DNA from: Lepidodermella squamata
Taxonomy: Eukaryota > Animalia > Gastrotricha
Assembly: GCA_047495785.1 (NCBI GenBank)
Contig: JBLDXI010000020.1
Coordinates: 1,178,001 to 1,242,000, forward strand
DNA length: 64,000 nucleotides
Reading direction: 5' to 3'
Each line of letters begins with the position of its first letter. Position 1 is the stretch's first letter. The notes beneath the pieces are model-generated. The model did not search any database. It saw nothing but the letters and a program-made list of their open reading frames with translations, and had not been told where the DNA came from. The translations under genes and the position numbers were made by a program. Positions 23,275 through 35,888 of this stretch are shown here, one piece after another.

Positions 23275-23333
23275 AGGGTTAACTTTGGTCAATGAGGGTT
23301 AACTTTGGTCAACGAGGGTTAACTTTGGACAAA
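23275..23333 (+). repeat. Three tandem copies of a 19-bp unit GAGGGTTAACTTTGGTCAA(T/C), probably the subterminal array of a DNA transposon end
   Basis: Directly visible tandem repeat after TACC. Confidence 0.7.
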
Positions 23334-24206
23334 ATGTGTTTTCGGACATTAAAAATCAGCCTTCGCTCCTTAATTTCTGAAATTTTAATCAAAGGTGGGC
23401 AAAATGATGCCTGAATTTACTGAAAGTTTGTAGAGAATATTTGAGAATTTTTTACCTGATATTGACAAATTGAAACGTGTGAACTGTGGACACTTGGAAG
23501 GAAATTTTAGAAATCGCCATTTGAATATGCAATTTCATATTGTGAATTATCAATTTTTCATGGTTTTTCATTATTTACTCTTGAGTCAGATTTTGAATTG
23601 GGATTTGAATTTTGAATTTGAATTGGGTCTATTTCATCTGCTCTCAGAAAAAGCATTATGAATTATTTCTGAGTGAATTATTATTCACTCAAAAATATAA
23701 ACAGATGCCAGCTCGCATTGTGCTTCCTAATTATCTCGCCAATTTGAGCATCATTATTTCTTTTTCAGAAGTTCAATAAAAATACGTTTCTGCGTTCTCC
23801 GTTTTTCTTAGTTTATCTTCTGTTGACGACTGCTTTTTTTATTTTTCGAACAGTGGATGCAGCGATAGAGAAAGGAACGCAGATACAATTTTTGTGCCGA
23901 TATATTCCGGGATTTTAAGATCTATATAACTACTTGTTTGTGATACTCAAAGCATCGGATACAACGACGATTTGGTAAAGGTAAACTCGGGTAAATAGCA
24001 GACCGCAGCATAGTTACGCGGCACTGTTTACCGCCGGTCGAAAATAAAATCACAACAAACAGGAAAATTAACTGCGCCCTGATAAACTGATCGGTTTGTT
24101 TGTTCGGCGGAATCGGAACAAAATCAGAACAACAAAATATGCTATTTCCACTGAAAGCAATTTTGTTAGTGATAAAGCCAACTTCTTTTTCGAAACTGAT
24201 TCTAAA

Positions 24207-25303
24207 ATGAAACTCACTCTGGTTTTGATTCTCGTCATTTCAAATCAAGGTTCAGTTAACAAATTAAATTCCGAGCAATATGTTAAATTTTAATGAAATT
24301 ATTCCAGGTTTTTCAATACCATCGTGCTCCAATCAGCGCGAAACCATGCAAATCAACGGGGTTTCTCACGGCTTTTTCTCCGCTGATATAAACCAGCAAA
24401 CAGGCGAGTATTGGCCGATGCAGCGGTGCACCTGGAACATCACTGTCCGGCCGCATTCACGGATAAGACTGCTCTTCAGCCTACTCGACCTAACGCCCTC
24501 CATCAACTATAAACCTCCTAATGGGTCGATGCTCGAAGGTGACGATTATCAACCGTGTGGCTGCGATCGAGTCACCATTTTCGATGGAGCGGCTTCCTCG
24601 TCTGGGAAGGTATCAATTTTGGAATCGATTTGCGGAGATTTCGGGAAGCCTACCGAGCCTATATTGACATCTTCAAATAAAGCGACCATTCAGTTTTGTT
24701 CTGACTTTCGTCTACATTCCGACCGGAAATACCGTGGCTTCACCCTACATTTTGATGAAGGTATTCGAAATTTCAAAAAATTGAATCTCGAAAAAATGAT
24801 GAATCGATTTTTTTTCAAGGTTTTCCCGCTCATGAAATTTCATCGCCAATTTCACAAACTAAAATTACGGCCGTAACTTCATCTGAAAATATTCCAGAAC
24901 AAACATCAACTAGAAAAAGAATTCCAAGTCGGAAGTTTCGAAAAAGAGTGGCGAAAACGACGCTCAAACGGCTTGATCTAAAGTTAACGACATTAACCAA
25001 GGGTGTCCAGTACTCGACTACTGAATTCGACCCGGAGATAATTCGTATAAAAGACAGTAGCGAGCTCTGCCTACCTGATTTAGATCCTTCGGCAATAGTC
25101 TTCGGGGCTGTGTAATTAAAAGAATTCAAATTATTATTTCAATTGATTTGTTTTTGTTTTCAAGAATCGGATTACTTGCGGTAGTAGCTGTTGCGTTTCT
25201 CATCGCAACTTGGGCTCGCGAGGAACGGTTTTGGTCTAACGCAAGCGAAAAATCAACTCAAGCGGCAAATACATCGTTTTTCTACGCAGACATAAACGCC
25301 TGA
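24207..25303 (+). CDS. Single-CUB-domain type I membrane protein; exons approx. 24207-24249, 24308-24760, 24820-25111, 25164-25303
   Basis: Signal peptide; CTWNITV...IRLLFS...CGCDRVTIFDG...ICG...SSNKATIQFCSD...GFTLHF; S/T- and K/R-rich stalk; TM AIVFGAVIGLLAVVAVAFLIA; short tail. Confidence 0.85.
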
Positions 25304-25438
25304 ATAAAAGAAAAAATTCCTTCAAAAAAATAAATTTAAATTTATTCGCTTTGCATAAGCTAATTTACAGTAATTAGTATCAAGTGAAATTGTGTTAATA
25401 TTGACCACGGAAAAAGGAATGATTGCTCATGGGCCATT

Positions 25439-26274
25439 TCAGGTGAAAAGGCTGCAAAATTGCAAGCGTGCAGTGCGTCGAACACCTCGAAGCGAGCCCG
25501 GGCCATCGATGATTTGAACATCCGGAGTTTTGTACGAAACTTTAATGACATCAGTCGTCCATCGCCCGCCAATGTCGGCAATAATTCGCGGCACATTGGC
25601 CGGGTAAACCGAGGCGTCATTGCCTTGGGCGCCATCGGTTACCACCAAAATGTAAGCAAACGTTTTCGGCTTCGTATCACTGGAAGCCGATCGATTGTAG
25701 TCACGCTCTTGTAATGCAGCTATCGTCAACATGCTGAGGGTGATTTTCGGAGGTGGCGGCGGTGGTTTGGTTGTTAGCTTTGTCGTAGTTGTTGGTTTCA
25801 CGGTTGTTCCATTCGTTTTAGGGGTCGATGTTGTAGTCGTAGTCGTCCTTGTTGTTGTAGTTGTAGTCGTTGTGGTCGAAGTTGTTGTAGATGGCTGGAT
25901 CGCACTTACGAAGTAGACTTTCTTACCATCCATAATTGCAACGTAAAACTAGAAAATGTTTATTAAAATTGTTTAAACCCTTAGAATTCGATAGATTTAA
26001 TTCTAAATGATACCTGTTCGGGTTTAAGGAACATGCTCATCTCCTGCGCGAATTGCCCAATTGTCTCGTACCATTTCTGGGTCGAGTTGAGCAATCTAGC
26101 GTTGTAGTCATCACTGGCCGGGTTTTTGGCGATATCGATATAGAGCCCGAACAGGGCGTTAGTCGGGGAGTTACTCATGCAGTCTTGCTGAACCGTGTCG
26201 ATTATCGGAACATTTGATCGCTGCTGGCAAAGCACAACCTCGATGCCTAGAATCACTAGTAAGATTACCTTCAT
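25439..26274 (-). CDS. Secreted divergent vWA-like protein A with a Thr/Pro mucin insert; exons 26274-26014 and 25948-25439
   Basis: Signal peptide; DCMSNSPTNALFGLYID; YILVVTDG; poly-Thr and poly-Pro insert; paralogous to the next two genes. Confidence 0.75.
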
Positions 26275-26994
26275 GTCAAGAATGCTGCTTTGGCAAGTAA
26301 ATAAAAAAGATGATTAAAAATTCTTGTTGAGGCTCTCGTTTCGAGAAAGCCGAGTGACGTATTTCACAGGCACGAAAGTAACCGCCTACATGAAACGTGT
26401 CAGCTCTCATCATTCATCCATCAAAATAAACTAGATCAAACTTTGAAACTATTTAACCGTTAACTATGGAAAAGTTGGCTTTGGCGTATTATCTTGTACT
26501 TTCCAGCAAGGAAAAAAGTATGTTGAAGAGGGAAAATTCTTGGAATCCTAAATTCTAGGAGGCTCCCATCCACCTTAAGAGCCGGGAGACCCAAAAGTGT
26601 CGCTGAAAAGGCTTATCGATTTAGGTTGACGTGGAAGCACTGGCTTGATTCCATAAAAATGTTTGAATATCTAGCACGATTCATCACCTCAGATTACCTC
26701 GAAAAATGTCGACAGCGCTTAAGAAAGAAAGTAAGTAGGTAAGAAAGTACCTAACATCAATATTTATTGCGCGAATAATTATTAATTGATGCAATAAAAA
26801 ACTACATTTTTTAAGGGCGAATTTTTCGAAATTAGCAATTATCTCCTGTAAACTTTGAAGCCCATTTACTCAATCAACCTCTTTTTGATATAGTTCGACT
26901 CCTCGTTTATTGATCTTAAAAGCGGAATCAAAATATGACGATCTCAAAAATTTTGCCAACCCCCACTTTTCATTTGTTGAAGATCATTTTTTAT

Positions 26995-27965
26995 TCAAAT
27001 TTCCGTTTGTGTTGCATTATTCACGGAACTGGTTGTAGTTAGAATTTGTTTCACAAACGGCACAAAATATTTATTGACAGCATTTAGGTACCGACTGGTC
27101 GAGTTTCCGGTCTGTTTATTCAGTCCGCCCACTTGCCGGCACATGTCGTACAAAATTGAACGGCGATGATTTTGAAGATGTTTCACACTTTCGACAATCG
27201 ACAAATCAGTGCCAGCGTAGTTTTGCCCTTCTTCTGATACAGCAAAAGCCCCTGCAATGTCGAGAATTCGCCGCGGCACCTTATTTGGCAGCCGGCCAAC
27301 GCTGTCTTGACTGCCATTTGATAGATAAACAATGAATTTGAACTGTGATGAACTCGGTTGTGATACGTTGAACTGCGCTTTTAATTGCCGTTGTAGCAAG
27401 ATTTGTTCGACCAAGTGGCGGATGGAAATTAACCGATAGTGATTTATCGGCGGCTTCGGACCTCGGTGAGTATTTTCGTCGCCAAGTTTCGGCCGGTGAG
27501 TTGTCGTGTTTAATGCGAGGTCGAACACCTGCTCGTCGACGCGTTTGAAGTAGTGCGTTTCACCGCCTCTTTTGACGGTCGCGATGTAGAACTGAAAAAA
27601 AATTTATTTCAAAATTTTCAATTTTTTTCGGTTCGAAAAAAACGTACGTCTTCTGTGCGAATGGCTTGGCCAATCGACTGCGCGAATTTGGCAATGTTGC
27701 TGGCTGCATCTTTTGTTGAGAACGAATCATCAATGAAAAAGCCAAAAAGAGAACCATTAGGAGATTTTGATAGACAATCGCGCAATAAATCGTCCAGCTT
27801 ATATAGGCTTGATGGCGGTGAGTTTGAACCTGACTTGCGCACAGTTGGCGTCACGAGCGCGCGTCCTACATGTTCCGGTCGACTTGAAGATGAGGCTACT
27901 ACTACTACCAGGCGCAACAGCTGAGCCAGCAGCAGCAGGCTGGTACAAAAAGAAACCGACCGCAT
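26995..27965 (-). CDS. Secreted divergent vWA-like protein B; exons 27965-27648 and 27591-26995
   Basis: Signal peptide; DCLSKSPNGSLFGFFIDDSFS (DxSxS); intron before FYIA as in the paralogs; FIVYLSNG...ILDIAG...RRSILYDMC. Confidence 0.75.
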
Positions 27966-29212
27966 TTTTTACGCGTGCTTGCCAGTATAATTGAATGCCA
28001 TTTTTGGCTACTTGACGTGCCTTTGCACCGACAACTCACGTGATGCGGCATAAGAGCGGCGTAGCGGTTCATTGGCAGGAAACAATGGCCAAAGACCCAC
28101 TTGCCTTGGCCATTATCGGCAAAAAAGTATGCGCTCAAGTTCTAAACAAACATACGCATAGCTGCGGCTTGCAATTGACAAGAAATTGCCTCGTATTGAT
28201 CAGACATTCATTCACTTTCCGATATAAAGAACGTACAAGTCAGCCGTAGAGATTAGATTTAACCTAACTGAGTTGACATTCAATGGTTCGATGCCAGCCT
28301 CCACGATGGAGGAAAAAAATCAAGAGTTTTTTTGGTAGAATTGGTGAACATTTGAAACCAAAATTGCAGGAAACAAATTTGACCGGAAGCGGAAGCAAAT
28401 TTAAATGATTAATCGCCCATAACGGCCTTTTCTGAATTTTCTGGTTTTTTCCGATTGATTCGCAAAATCCAAATGAATTACGTAGAAATTATCCGTGATT
28501 TTCAGTATAAGGCCTTGTCCTCACTTTTAGAACGCGACGCATTCGTGATCAAAAAACAAATTTTCAAAAATTTCAAAAATTCAAAAATGCTTCCGTTAAA
28601 GTCAATTTTGGTTCCGCAACAGGCTAATATGCTTCCAATAAAATATACTCTACTATTGAAAAATGTACCAAGTGTCCACCCTTAATAAAGGGTTCCAGCT
28701 CTAGATTATCCCAAAATATGGGTTTTCCAGTTAAATATTTCGAATATTAAGCCCAATAGATCTTACGAGTTATTCTTCAACCTACAGAGCCAATATCGCA
28801 TCTTGGTAACGAGTTTACAAATCAGTGATTTTTCCTCATGACCTAATATTTAATATGGGTTCTACCAACCAGATGGCACCATCAGATTTGCTGAAATATA
28901 AATCAGCACCGATCAATAACATAAAAAGGTGAAATCGCAAAACAATTTATTGCTGGATCCTCTATTTTAGTGGTGCAAATATGTATACCCATCAAGTATT
29001 TACCCATTAACTCGCAGGCTTTATTTCAGAAGGTTTTTGCACTGCGATTTTTCCTTCTGGTTAATTAATGGACCGATACACCATTTCCCTTTCCTTTTCA
29101 GAAGTACATTTTCAGAAAATGTCAGAATTAAGTGTCCAAAATATCGATGGTGTATTAAAATTTGCTGATTAATTGTCGATTTAGTAATGAGGGACTGTTC
29201 TATAATTGAAGA

Positions 29213-30011
29213 CTATGAAATTCCGCCGTTTTCTTGGCACATATTGAATAGAAGTGTTCTTTTGAACAGCTTGACTTGTGACAGGTCGTCAACGATGTAG
29301 ACCTCACTCGTTGTATCATTCTTCGCCGCGCCCGACGACGCCCAGTGCCCCGCGAAATCCATTACAATAACAGTCGCATCGGGCAGCGTGTCCGGAATCG
29401 CTGTGCCATAGGTCGCATAAATGACCATTTTAAACGAATCAGGTGCCGAGACGTTGTATGTCGACGAAATTGAGTCGAAATTATTCAAACCAAGAGAGAC
29501 AAGGCTGCGGACGCTCAGCACAATCTTTTTCTTGCCGATAAGCGCTGGGCTTGTCGATTTTTGAAAGTAAGTCGACTGGTTGTAGTTCTTCATTATGGCG
29601 AAATAAAACTGGTGGGAAACATTGAATTAAACAAGGAATAACCCAAGCAAATAATGGCTCACATAATCGCGAACAACGTACTCCGATACTGCATCTGTCA
29701 ACCAGGCCTGGTTTAAAAAAATCGAAATTAAATGAAAATCCTCCTTATAAAATAACAAGCACAATGCTATCTACAGCAGGCGCAAATGCTGAAAATTTTT
29801 CATCGATGAAGAAACCAAATGTGGCGTTGTTCGATAAACATGTATACAGCCGCTTGTCAATCGTTGGAAGGTAAGGCTGGACATTCCTTTTCCAGCTCAG
29901 CTTTTGCTGCTTCTCGACCACTTCCCCATCTTTCGGGGTATCGACAGATTCGGGCATTACTTTCCCGAACACTAGAAAGATTACCAAGAAAAGAGCTAAA
30001 GAAATTTCCAT
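29213..30011 (-). CDS. Secreted divergent vWA-like protein C; exons 30011-29763, 29707-29663 and 29608-29213
   Basis: Signal peptide; TCLSNNATFGFFIDEKFS; intron before FYFA; MVIYATYG...VMDFAGHW...KRTLLFNMC. Confidence 0.72.
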
Positions 30012-30272
30012 TTTCGACGCGTACTAGTTTCCTGCTTTCCAATTAATAGGAGGTATCTGAAACGTTGAAACCCAGTTTTATCAGTCAAGAGCCGTCTAAT
30101 TGCTGTGTTCACAAACAATCTCAGATTTATTTGCTTTGTGCTTCATATTATTACAAATAGCAATCACACCGTTAACACTACAGTGAGAAAGCCACTTATA
30201 ATGACGTCATGGCTTGGATTCAGCAAGTTACTTGGTTCGCCGCGAGTAGAAAGATGGCTGTAATAAAATAAA

Positions 30273-32599
30273 TTAATACAATTTTGATTTAATAACGAAT
30301 AACTTTACCGGTAGAGGCGCTGGAGCTGTTTCGACTTTGGCGACGAATTTTTCAACAACCATGAAAATCGATGGTTCTTTTTCGTTGTCCGGCTTGTCGC
30401 TGGTAGACTCGATCGATCTCTTCAGCCCGCTGACGTCGATTGACTGGTCAATCTCGCCAAAGTATATCAACGTGCGGCGATATTCATCGATCGCGACTTC
30501 GAACAATTTTTCCAGTTCGACTAGCTTACCACCCTCCAAATGGCAAAACGAGGCCATTGCGTCTTTGAACGCCTTTTCGCTCACCGCTGCCTTCTCCAGC
30601 TGTTCAGGTGACGTTGGGACAGGTAAAATGGCTGGTAGCGCCGGGTTTTGCTGGCTTTCCATCTCGATCTTGGCCATACCAGCGCGGAGAGATGCGATTT
30701 CCGCGTGCAGGGTGCCTAATTCCCCAACAACCGAAGCTGCTTTCAAATCGCTTATTTCCGCCGAAATTTTGATAGGATGCTCAGCGTGTGATAGCACTTG
30801 TTCAGTTATTTGCTCGCCTGATGATGACTTCGCCTCGCAATGAGGACAAACAGGAGGGTGTAGCAAGACCTTGCGGACATAATCGGTTAGGGTGAAAGTT
30901 GCCCGTTTCGAACTTTTTGTATCACCCAGTCGCAAGAGGCTCGTCAATTTGAAGCCATTAACAGCTTTAGGCCGGCTGAAACTATTGAGAAAATTGCCAA
31001 TAGCAAGGGTGATTTCGAGAGTTTTCCTGAAAGCAGGGCTGTCGCGAAGTTGCCGCGAGCAACTGATTAAAGCCTCGAGTTTCGGCTTCACGGCATCGAC
31101 GTTTTCGCTGAAAGATTTTCGGTACACAAGAGCGTTCAATTTCTGAACGCAGCGAGGTATCTGCGACAACTCCCATAAAAATCGATCAGCCGAAGCGAAA
31201 TTAGCCAAATTATCGCGAAATCGTGCTAAAATTCGAATTTCGTCCTCAGTTGGAAAGTTTCGAATGAGACTAAAAAAAAATTGAAAAATTTCGTTTCAAT
31301 TTCAGGTAAGATGTAAACTTACTTCGAGCATACGTCAGCTGAAAGAACGTTATTGACGTCCATTGTTGAGATTAAGTTGACCAGCTCACCAATAGGCAGT
31401 CTCACAGCCGAAGATAGCAGAATGTTGAGATTGTGCGCGCGGCGCGAGTCGATGACGGAAAAAACTTGGCTGTGTGCCAGCATTGAAGAGCCAGCCCCGC
31501 GTTCTTCTGACGGCCGTGGAGTTGACGACCTGCGCCCGGGGGCTTTCTGGCAGAATATCTCTTCAAGCTCCATGAGATCGATGCGTTTCAGCACGCATTG
31601 CCAACTGCCGCGCGTGTTCTCCCAAACTGTGCCGCGAATTTTGAAATCAGGTAGCGGGACCCAGTTGAAACATTTCACGGGTCGGGACGGTTTCGGGAAT
31701 CGGATAGTTCTCGAATCTAGCGTAGTAGGCAATGGCGGGGGTGGGGGAGGCAAACCTCCAGGCGACATCGGCGGCGGGTCTGGGATAAGAGGTAAAGCAG
31801 GTTCGCTGGGTGATGCCTCGTCACGCATGACTGGATAAGTCTGTTGCCGGTTCATTATCGGCGAGCATGGTTGAGATTGGCTAGCGATTGAATGCTCCTG
31901 TTGTTTCTGCTGTTTTTCAGCAAGTACGGCTGAAATCGCTGATGCGGCGCTGAGGACGTTCGGGCTGACATTAGCTCGAATTCGGCTGACTGAGGGAGGC
32001 GGAGGTCGTTTCGGCGTCGTCAAAAGTTCATGAAGAGCTGCTTTCAATTCGGCATTTTCTTCCGGCTTATGATAATCCCCGCGGCTATTACTTTCCTTTC
32101 GTTCGACTACATCTTTTTCAGGTGTCTGTTTTTCCGCGACTGGTTTTCTCGGAACAGGAGTAGGAATTGGAGCCGGCGGTTTCGGCGTATCTTCAACTGG
32201 TGCTGCTTCGGTATTGACTTCGATTTGTTGACCATTCCGCCAGTTATGAGATGGGATTATTCCGACAAAAAATAAATGCTGGTCAGGAGGCGCTTGCCTG
32301 GTGCAAATTTCAGCTAGCTGATCAGGGCCCCAAACCAGGCGAAACGACACGCGCGACTGAGCAAACTCGTCCAGTCCATCTCTTAGCTTTCTCTTACATT
32401 TCGTCCATAAGTGACGCAGCTGCACGGCGGAGATGAAAGCTGCCAGAGAGAGAAATAGGACTATCTGCGGAACCAAGATAATGGCCGGAACAAAATATTG
32501 CGACGCAAGGCCTCCTTGGTCGTTACTAATAGGCTCTGGTACCGTGACAGCCTCTTTTACTCCAGTTGCTGGCCGCGTGGAGCAATTTTCAACTTCCAT
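30273..32599 (-). CDS. Formin (FH1 plus DAAM-like FH2) with an N-terminal hydrophobic segment; exons 32599-31323 and 31269-30273
   Basis: Polyproline FH1 PPPPPPLP; FH2 motifs KCFNW...GTVW, RRAHNLNILLS, ADRFLWELSQIP, LAIGNFLN, GFKLTSLLRLGDTKS; no GBD/DID or DAD visible. Confidence 0.92.
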
Positions 32600-35050
32600 A
32601 AATAAAATAATTGATATGGCTTTGAGTTGGATTTCAGGTCATGGTAAAAAAATCTAAAACAAGCAAGTTAAGGTGGAATTTTTTGCAATTCATGGCATCA
32701 GATGAGAGTGATGAGTCACTTCCTGCGCACGAATTCAAGCGCGAGCATATTATATTATCACGGTTCATCGCGATCATCATAATCATTTAGGCGTTACCAA
32801 GTAGGATGTTAGTCACTAAAGCTCAACTGGTTTGTTTGTCATCATAAAATAATAGACGCCTATTCATTGGATTTTTCAACGAGATCCTTATCGACTCGGA
32901 GGCCCGAAAAAGCTCAAGTAGGCGAGATTAGACTGTAATTAATATAGCGTTGGCGGCCAGTGCCACACTTATATAAGGCCATCTATTGAGGAAAACACCA
33001 GCAGCGAGATAGCGTGAGTGTAAAATGGGATAATGAAAGTTTGTTAATTTTTTGACAGCCAAGTGCGCATCAGCGGGAAATGCGAGAAAAGACGCGACCG
33101 AGTGCCATAAAGATCCTGTTCTCAAAATATAGTAATAAATCATGACTGAAATGTTGGCTAATTAGATGGCAAAATAATCCGATTAATTTTTCTACCAGCA
33201 TTAATTAATTATTCACGTAAATATTTGCTCGTCGACTTATCGAAGTTCACGGCCGGCTTAAATTTCGCCGGCACGTGGCGCGTGTAGATCCAAGAAGTAC
33301 GCGCGCAATATCTTGTAAAATTTTATCTAAACAGAAAAAAAAACGCAAAAAAACCCTGAAAAAATGCGCAACCGGACATGAGGTACAAAGTAGCCTGATC
33401 AATCGCGCAAAATTCGTTATGAATGCTTCTGTCAGTATTGTTGCCTTAGATAGATGTTCTGTATAAGAAACGCGGCCGGTATATTTTGGCGAGCGATGAA
33501 AAAGGCATCAGCATTGGGATAAAAATAACCTCGGGCTGGCGTTGTTGTTATAGTTGTAGAAAAGCGTAATGTAAACAAGTATATAGAAAAATAATATCAC
33601 AAAAAACGATCGAATCCGCCCGCGAGCACCGTGGTTGTAGCCGGGTGGAAAACTACCGGTGCAGACTTTTGATAAATTGAGAATGAGAAAATTCTGTTTT
33701 TTAATTAACGATTGAGTCAAAGGAAATAATAAGTTCAAGGAGAATTTTTCAACCTTATGCGGATTTTAATTATTAAAAAGTTTATTTTATGAAAATTTTG
33801 CCAACCTGGTCTAACACTTGGAATGGTCCCCTGTTTTTTCCATCCTGTCATCATGGGTGATAACTAAGGGATGGTCCAATGGTAGTATATACTACGCAAA
33901 AAACACGGCCCGGTGCGTAGCCGTTCTTCAATGCCATTATGTTTATTTCAACAGTAGGTCGATTATACCACCCATCATACGCTTTATATCTTGCAACTCA
34001 ACGCTACAGCAGGTAGTCTGAAAGGTACCAATTTATTACACAAACAGCTAACGAGCGATGCAAACACGCCGGTGTTTTTTTCTGCGCGATATATACACTC
34101 GAAGGGACGTTACTCAACGCGCAAATAAAACGCACATAATGGCTCTGGGTGACTAAATAGGGCTTACATTTTTTTGCAGTAAAAAATTGTTATAATATAT
34201 GATGTAAGAGATATAGATTACATTATACCTACACCGAAAAGGTAAAACTGGAGTTTAAGGTTGAAAAACCACGCTGCGTTTATTTACGCCCTTGAGGCAA
34301 CAAATGTGAAAACAAACCAGCGACTTCCGCCCGGCGTGGCACCGCTTTTTAATATTATTATTATTATTATTGCTCATCTTAACTTGGCACTGTTAATATT
34401 AGTATTTTATTTCGCTCCATTGTTTTGGCGCACAATTTACAATCGCCACCCTTCAGACTGCCCGGCGTTATACTACTACTACCTATAAAGCGATGAGTCA
34501 GCACAACCGCTTAACATAAGCGATATTTGCTTGAGAAGGCGCTGGGATGTGCGATGGAAACAAATAATAATAATAACATTTATCTAAATTGTTATCATCA
34601 TCACAAAAACCAAGGTATTACCATAATATTACAAGCTATGTTTGGCCCAGCGGCTTTTTCCTGGCATCTGAATAGCCTTGCTATACTGAAACACAAGTGA
34701 AGAGAGCTCCACAAGCTACAACCGTTTTAGTACTCCGCAGCATCCGGAGATTAACAGTATACAGCGTACGTATACCGAAAGACAAGATAAGTTATGGCCA
34801 AGTTTGTTGTTGTTATTTTGGCATCTGTCCATCTGGAGTGATAAGGAAGCCGTAAAACTACGCGGGAAGCGCGGATGAAATGAAAAATATTCAGAATTAC
34901 TACTTCAAGCATAATACCCAAAACGCTAAGTTTATTTTCAATCAACTTCTCAGCTATGAAAAATAGCGAAAAAAACAAATATTCAATTAATTTGCATTTG
35001 CGTTGGGGATACAAAAAATTCAACAGTAAATATTATTCGCCATGTTTGAT

Positions 35051-35555
35051 TTAATTGGTTGCTGCTTCCGTTTCAGCAACTACAGCATCGGTATCGGCTT
35101 TCGTGCTAACAATTTTGAAATTACAATTGTCCGTCTCGCAGCACTATTGAATAATACGAAAACTATTTTTCTAGAAAAATCTCAGTCGATAAGCTAACCT
35201 TGAAGTTCATCAACTTGAAATTCGTAAACGTCGGTTGAATGCAAAGCGGGGAACACGATCGGAAGTAAAATCTGAAAAATCAGAACCGATTTGAATGAAA
35301 ATTCTAGATTTTTCCTGCATACTCTTTGAGATTGATAATCTGAAGATTTATGTTCGCCGAAGCTTCCAGACAATATTTAGCCAGGGGTGAACAAGTTCGA
35401 TTGGTACCCTTGTCCGTTCCTATATGTCAAAATATTACTACAATCGAAAATTCAGAAATTTTCTGCCACAAACCAGTACATCCAACACATTCGTTGCAGT
35501 ATTTTGGCGCGGCTGAAGCCAATGCGATCAACATGGAAAAAATAAGAAGCTTCAT
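35051..35555 (-). CDS. Secreted Ly6/three-finger protein 5 (10 Cys, no GPI signal); exons 35555-35474, 35419-35323, 35271-35199 and 35143-35051
   Basis: Hand translation MKLLIFSMLIALASA-APKYCNECVGCTG TDKGTNRTCSPLAKYCLEASANINLQIINLKE FYFRSCSPLCIQPTFTNFKLMNFK CCETDNCNFKIVSTKADTDAVVAETEAATN*; splice phases agree; missed by the ORF track. Confidence 0.88.
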
Positions 35556-35888
35556 TTTGAAAAGGTGAAATTCAGGTTATAAAAATTCAGAGTGATAGCA
35601 AACGCAAAATGGCAATGCGATGGCATAATTTTGCGGCTATAAATTGGCCTAGAATAAATTATCGCTTATTGTGGCGAACCTTGCCAAATCGGCTAATTTT
35701 CCGACTGGGTACCAGAAAGCATGTCGTGACATGACAAAAAGGCTGGAAAATTAGCTAGCTGGGCTGATTTATTGCGTCATCAAGTGCGTACAGGTTAAAT
35801 TATCATTGTCTGAACATAAATACGATGCATTTTAGGATAACGCCCACCTTAAAAAGAAATGTCATTTGTTCAAGTTCCTGGTGAGTTT

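Noticed and set aside
30337-31838. Long plus-strand ORFs antisense to the formin (similar ones overlap NPC1, WDR93 and 53BP1)
   Set aside because: Shadow ORFs from codon bias of the real genes on the opposite strand
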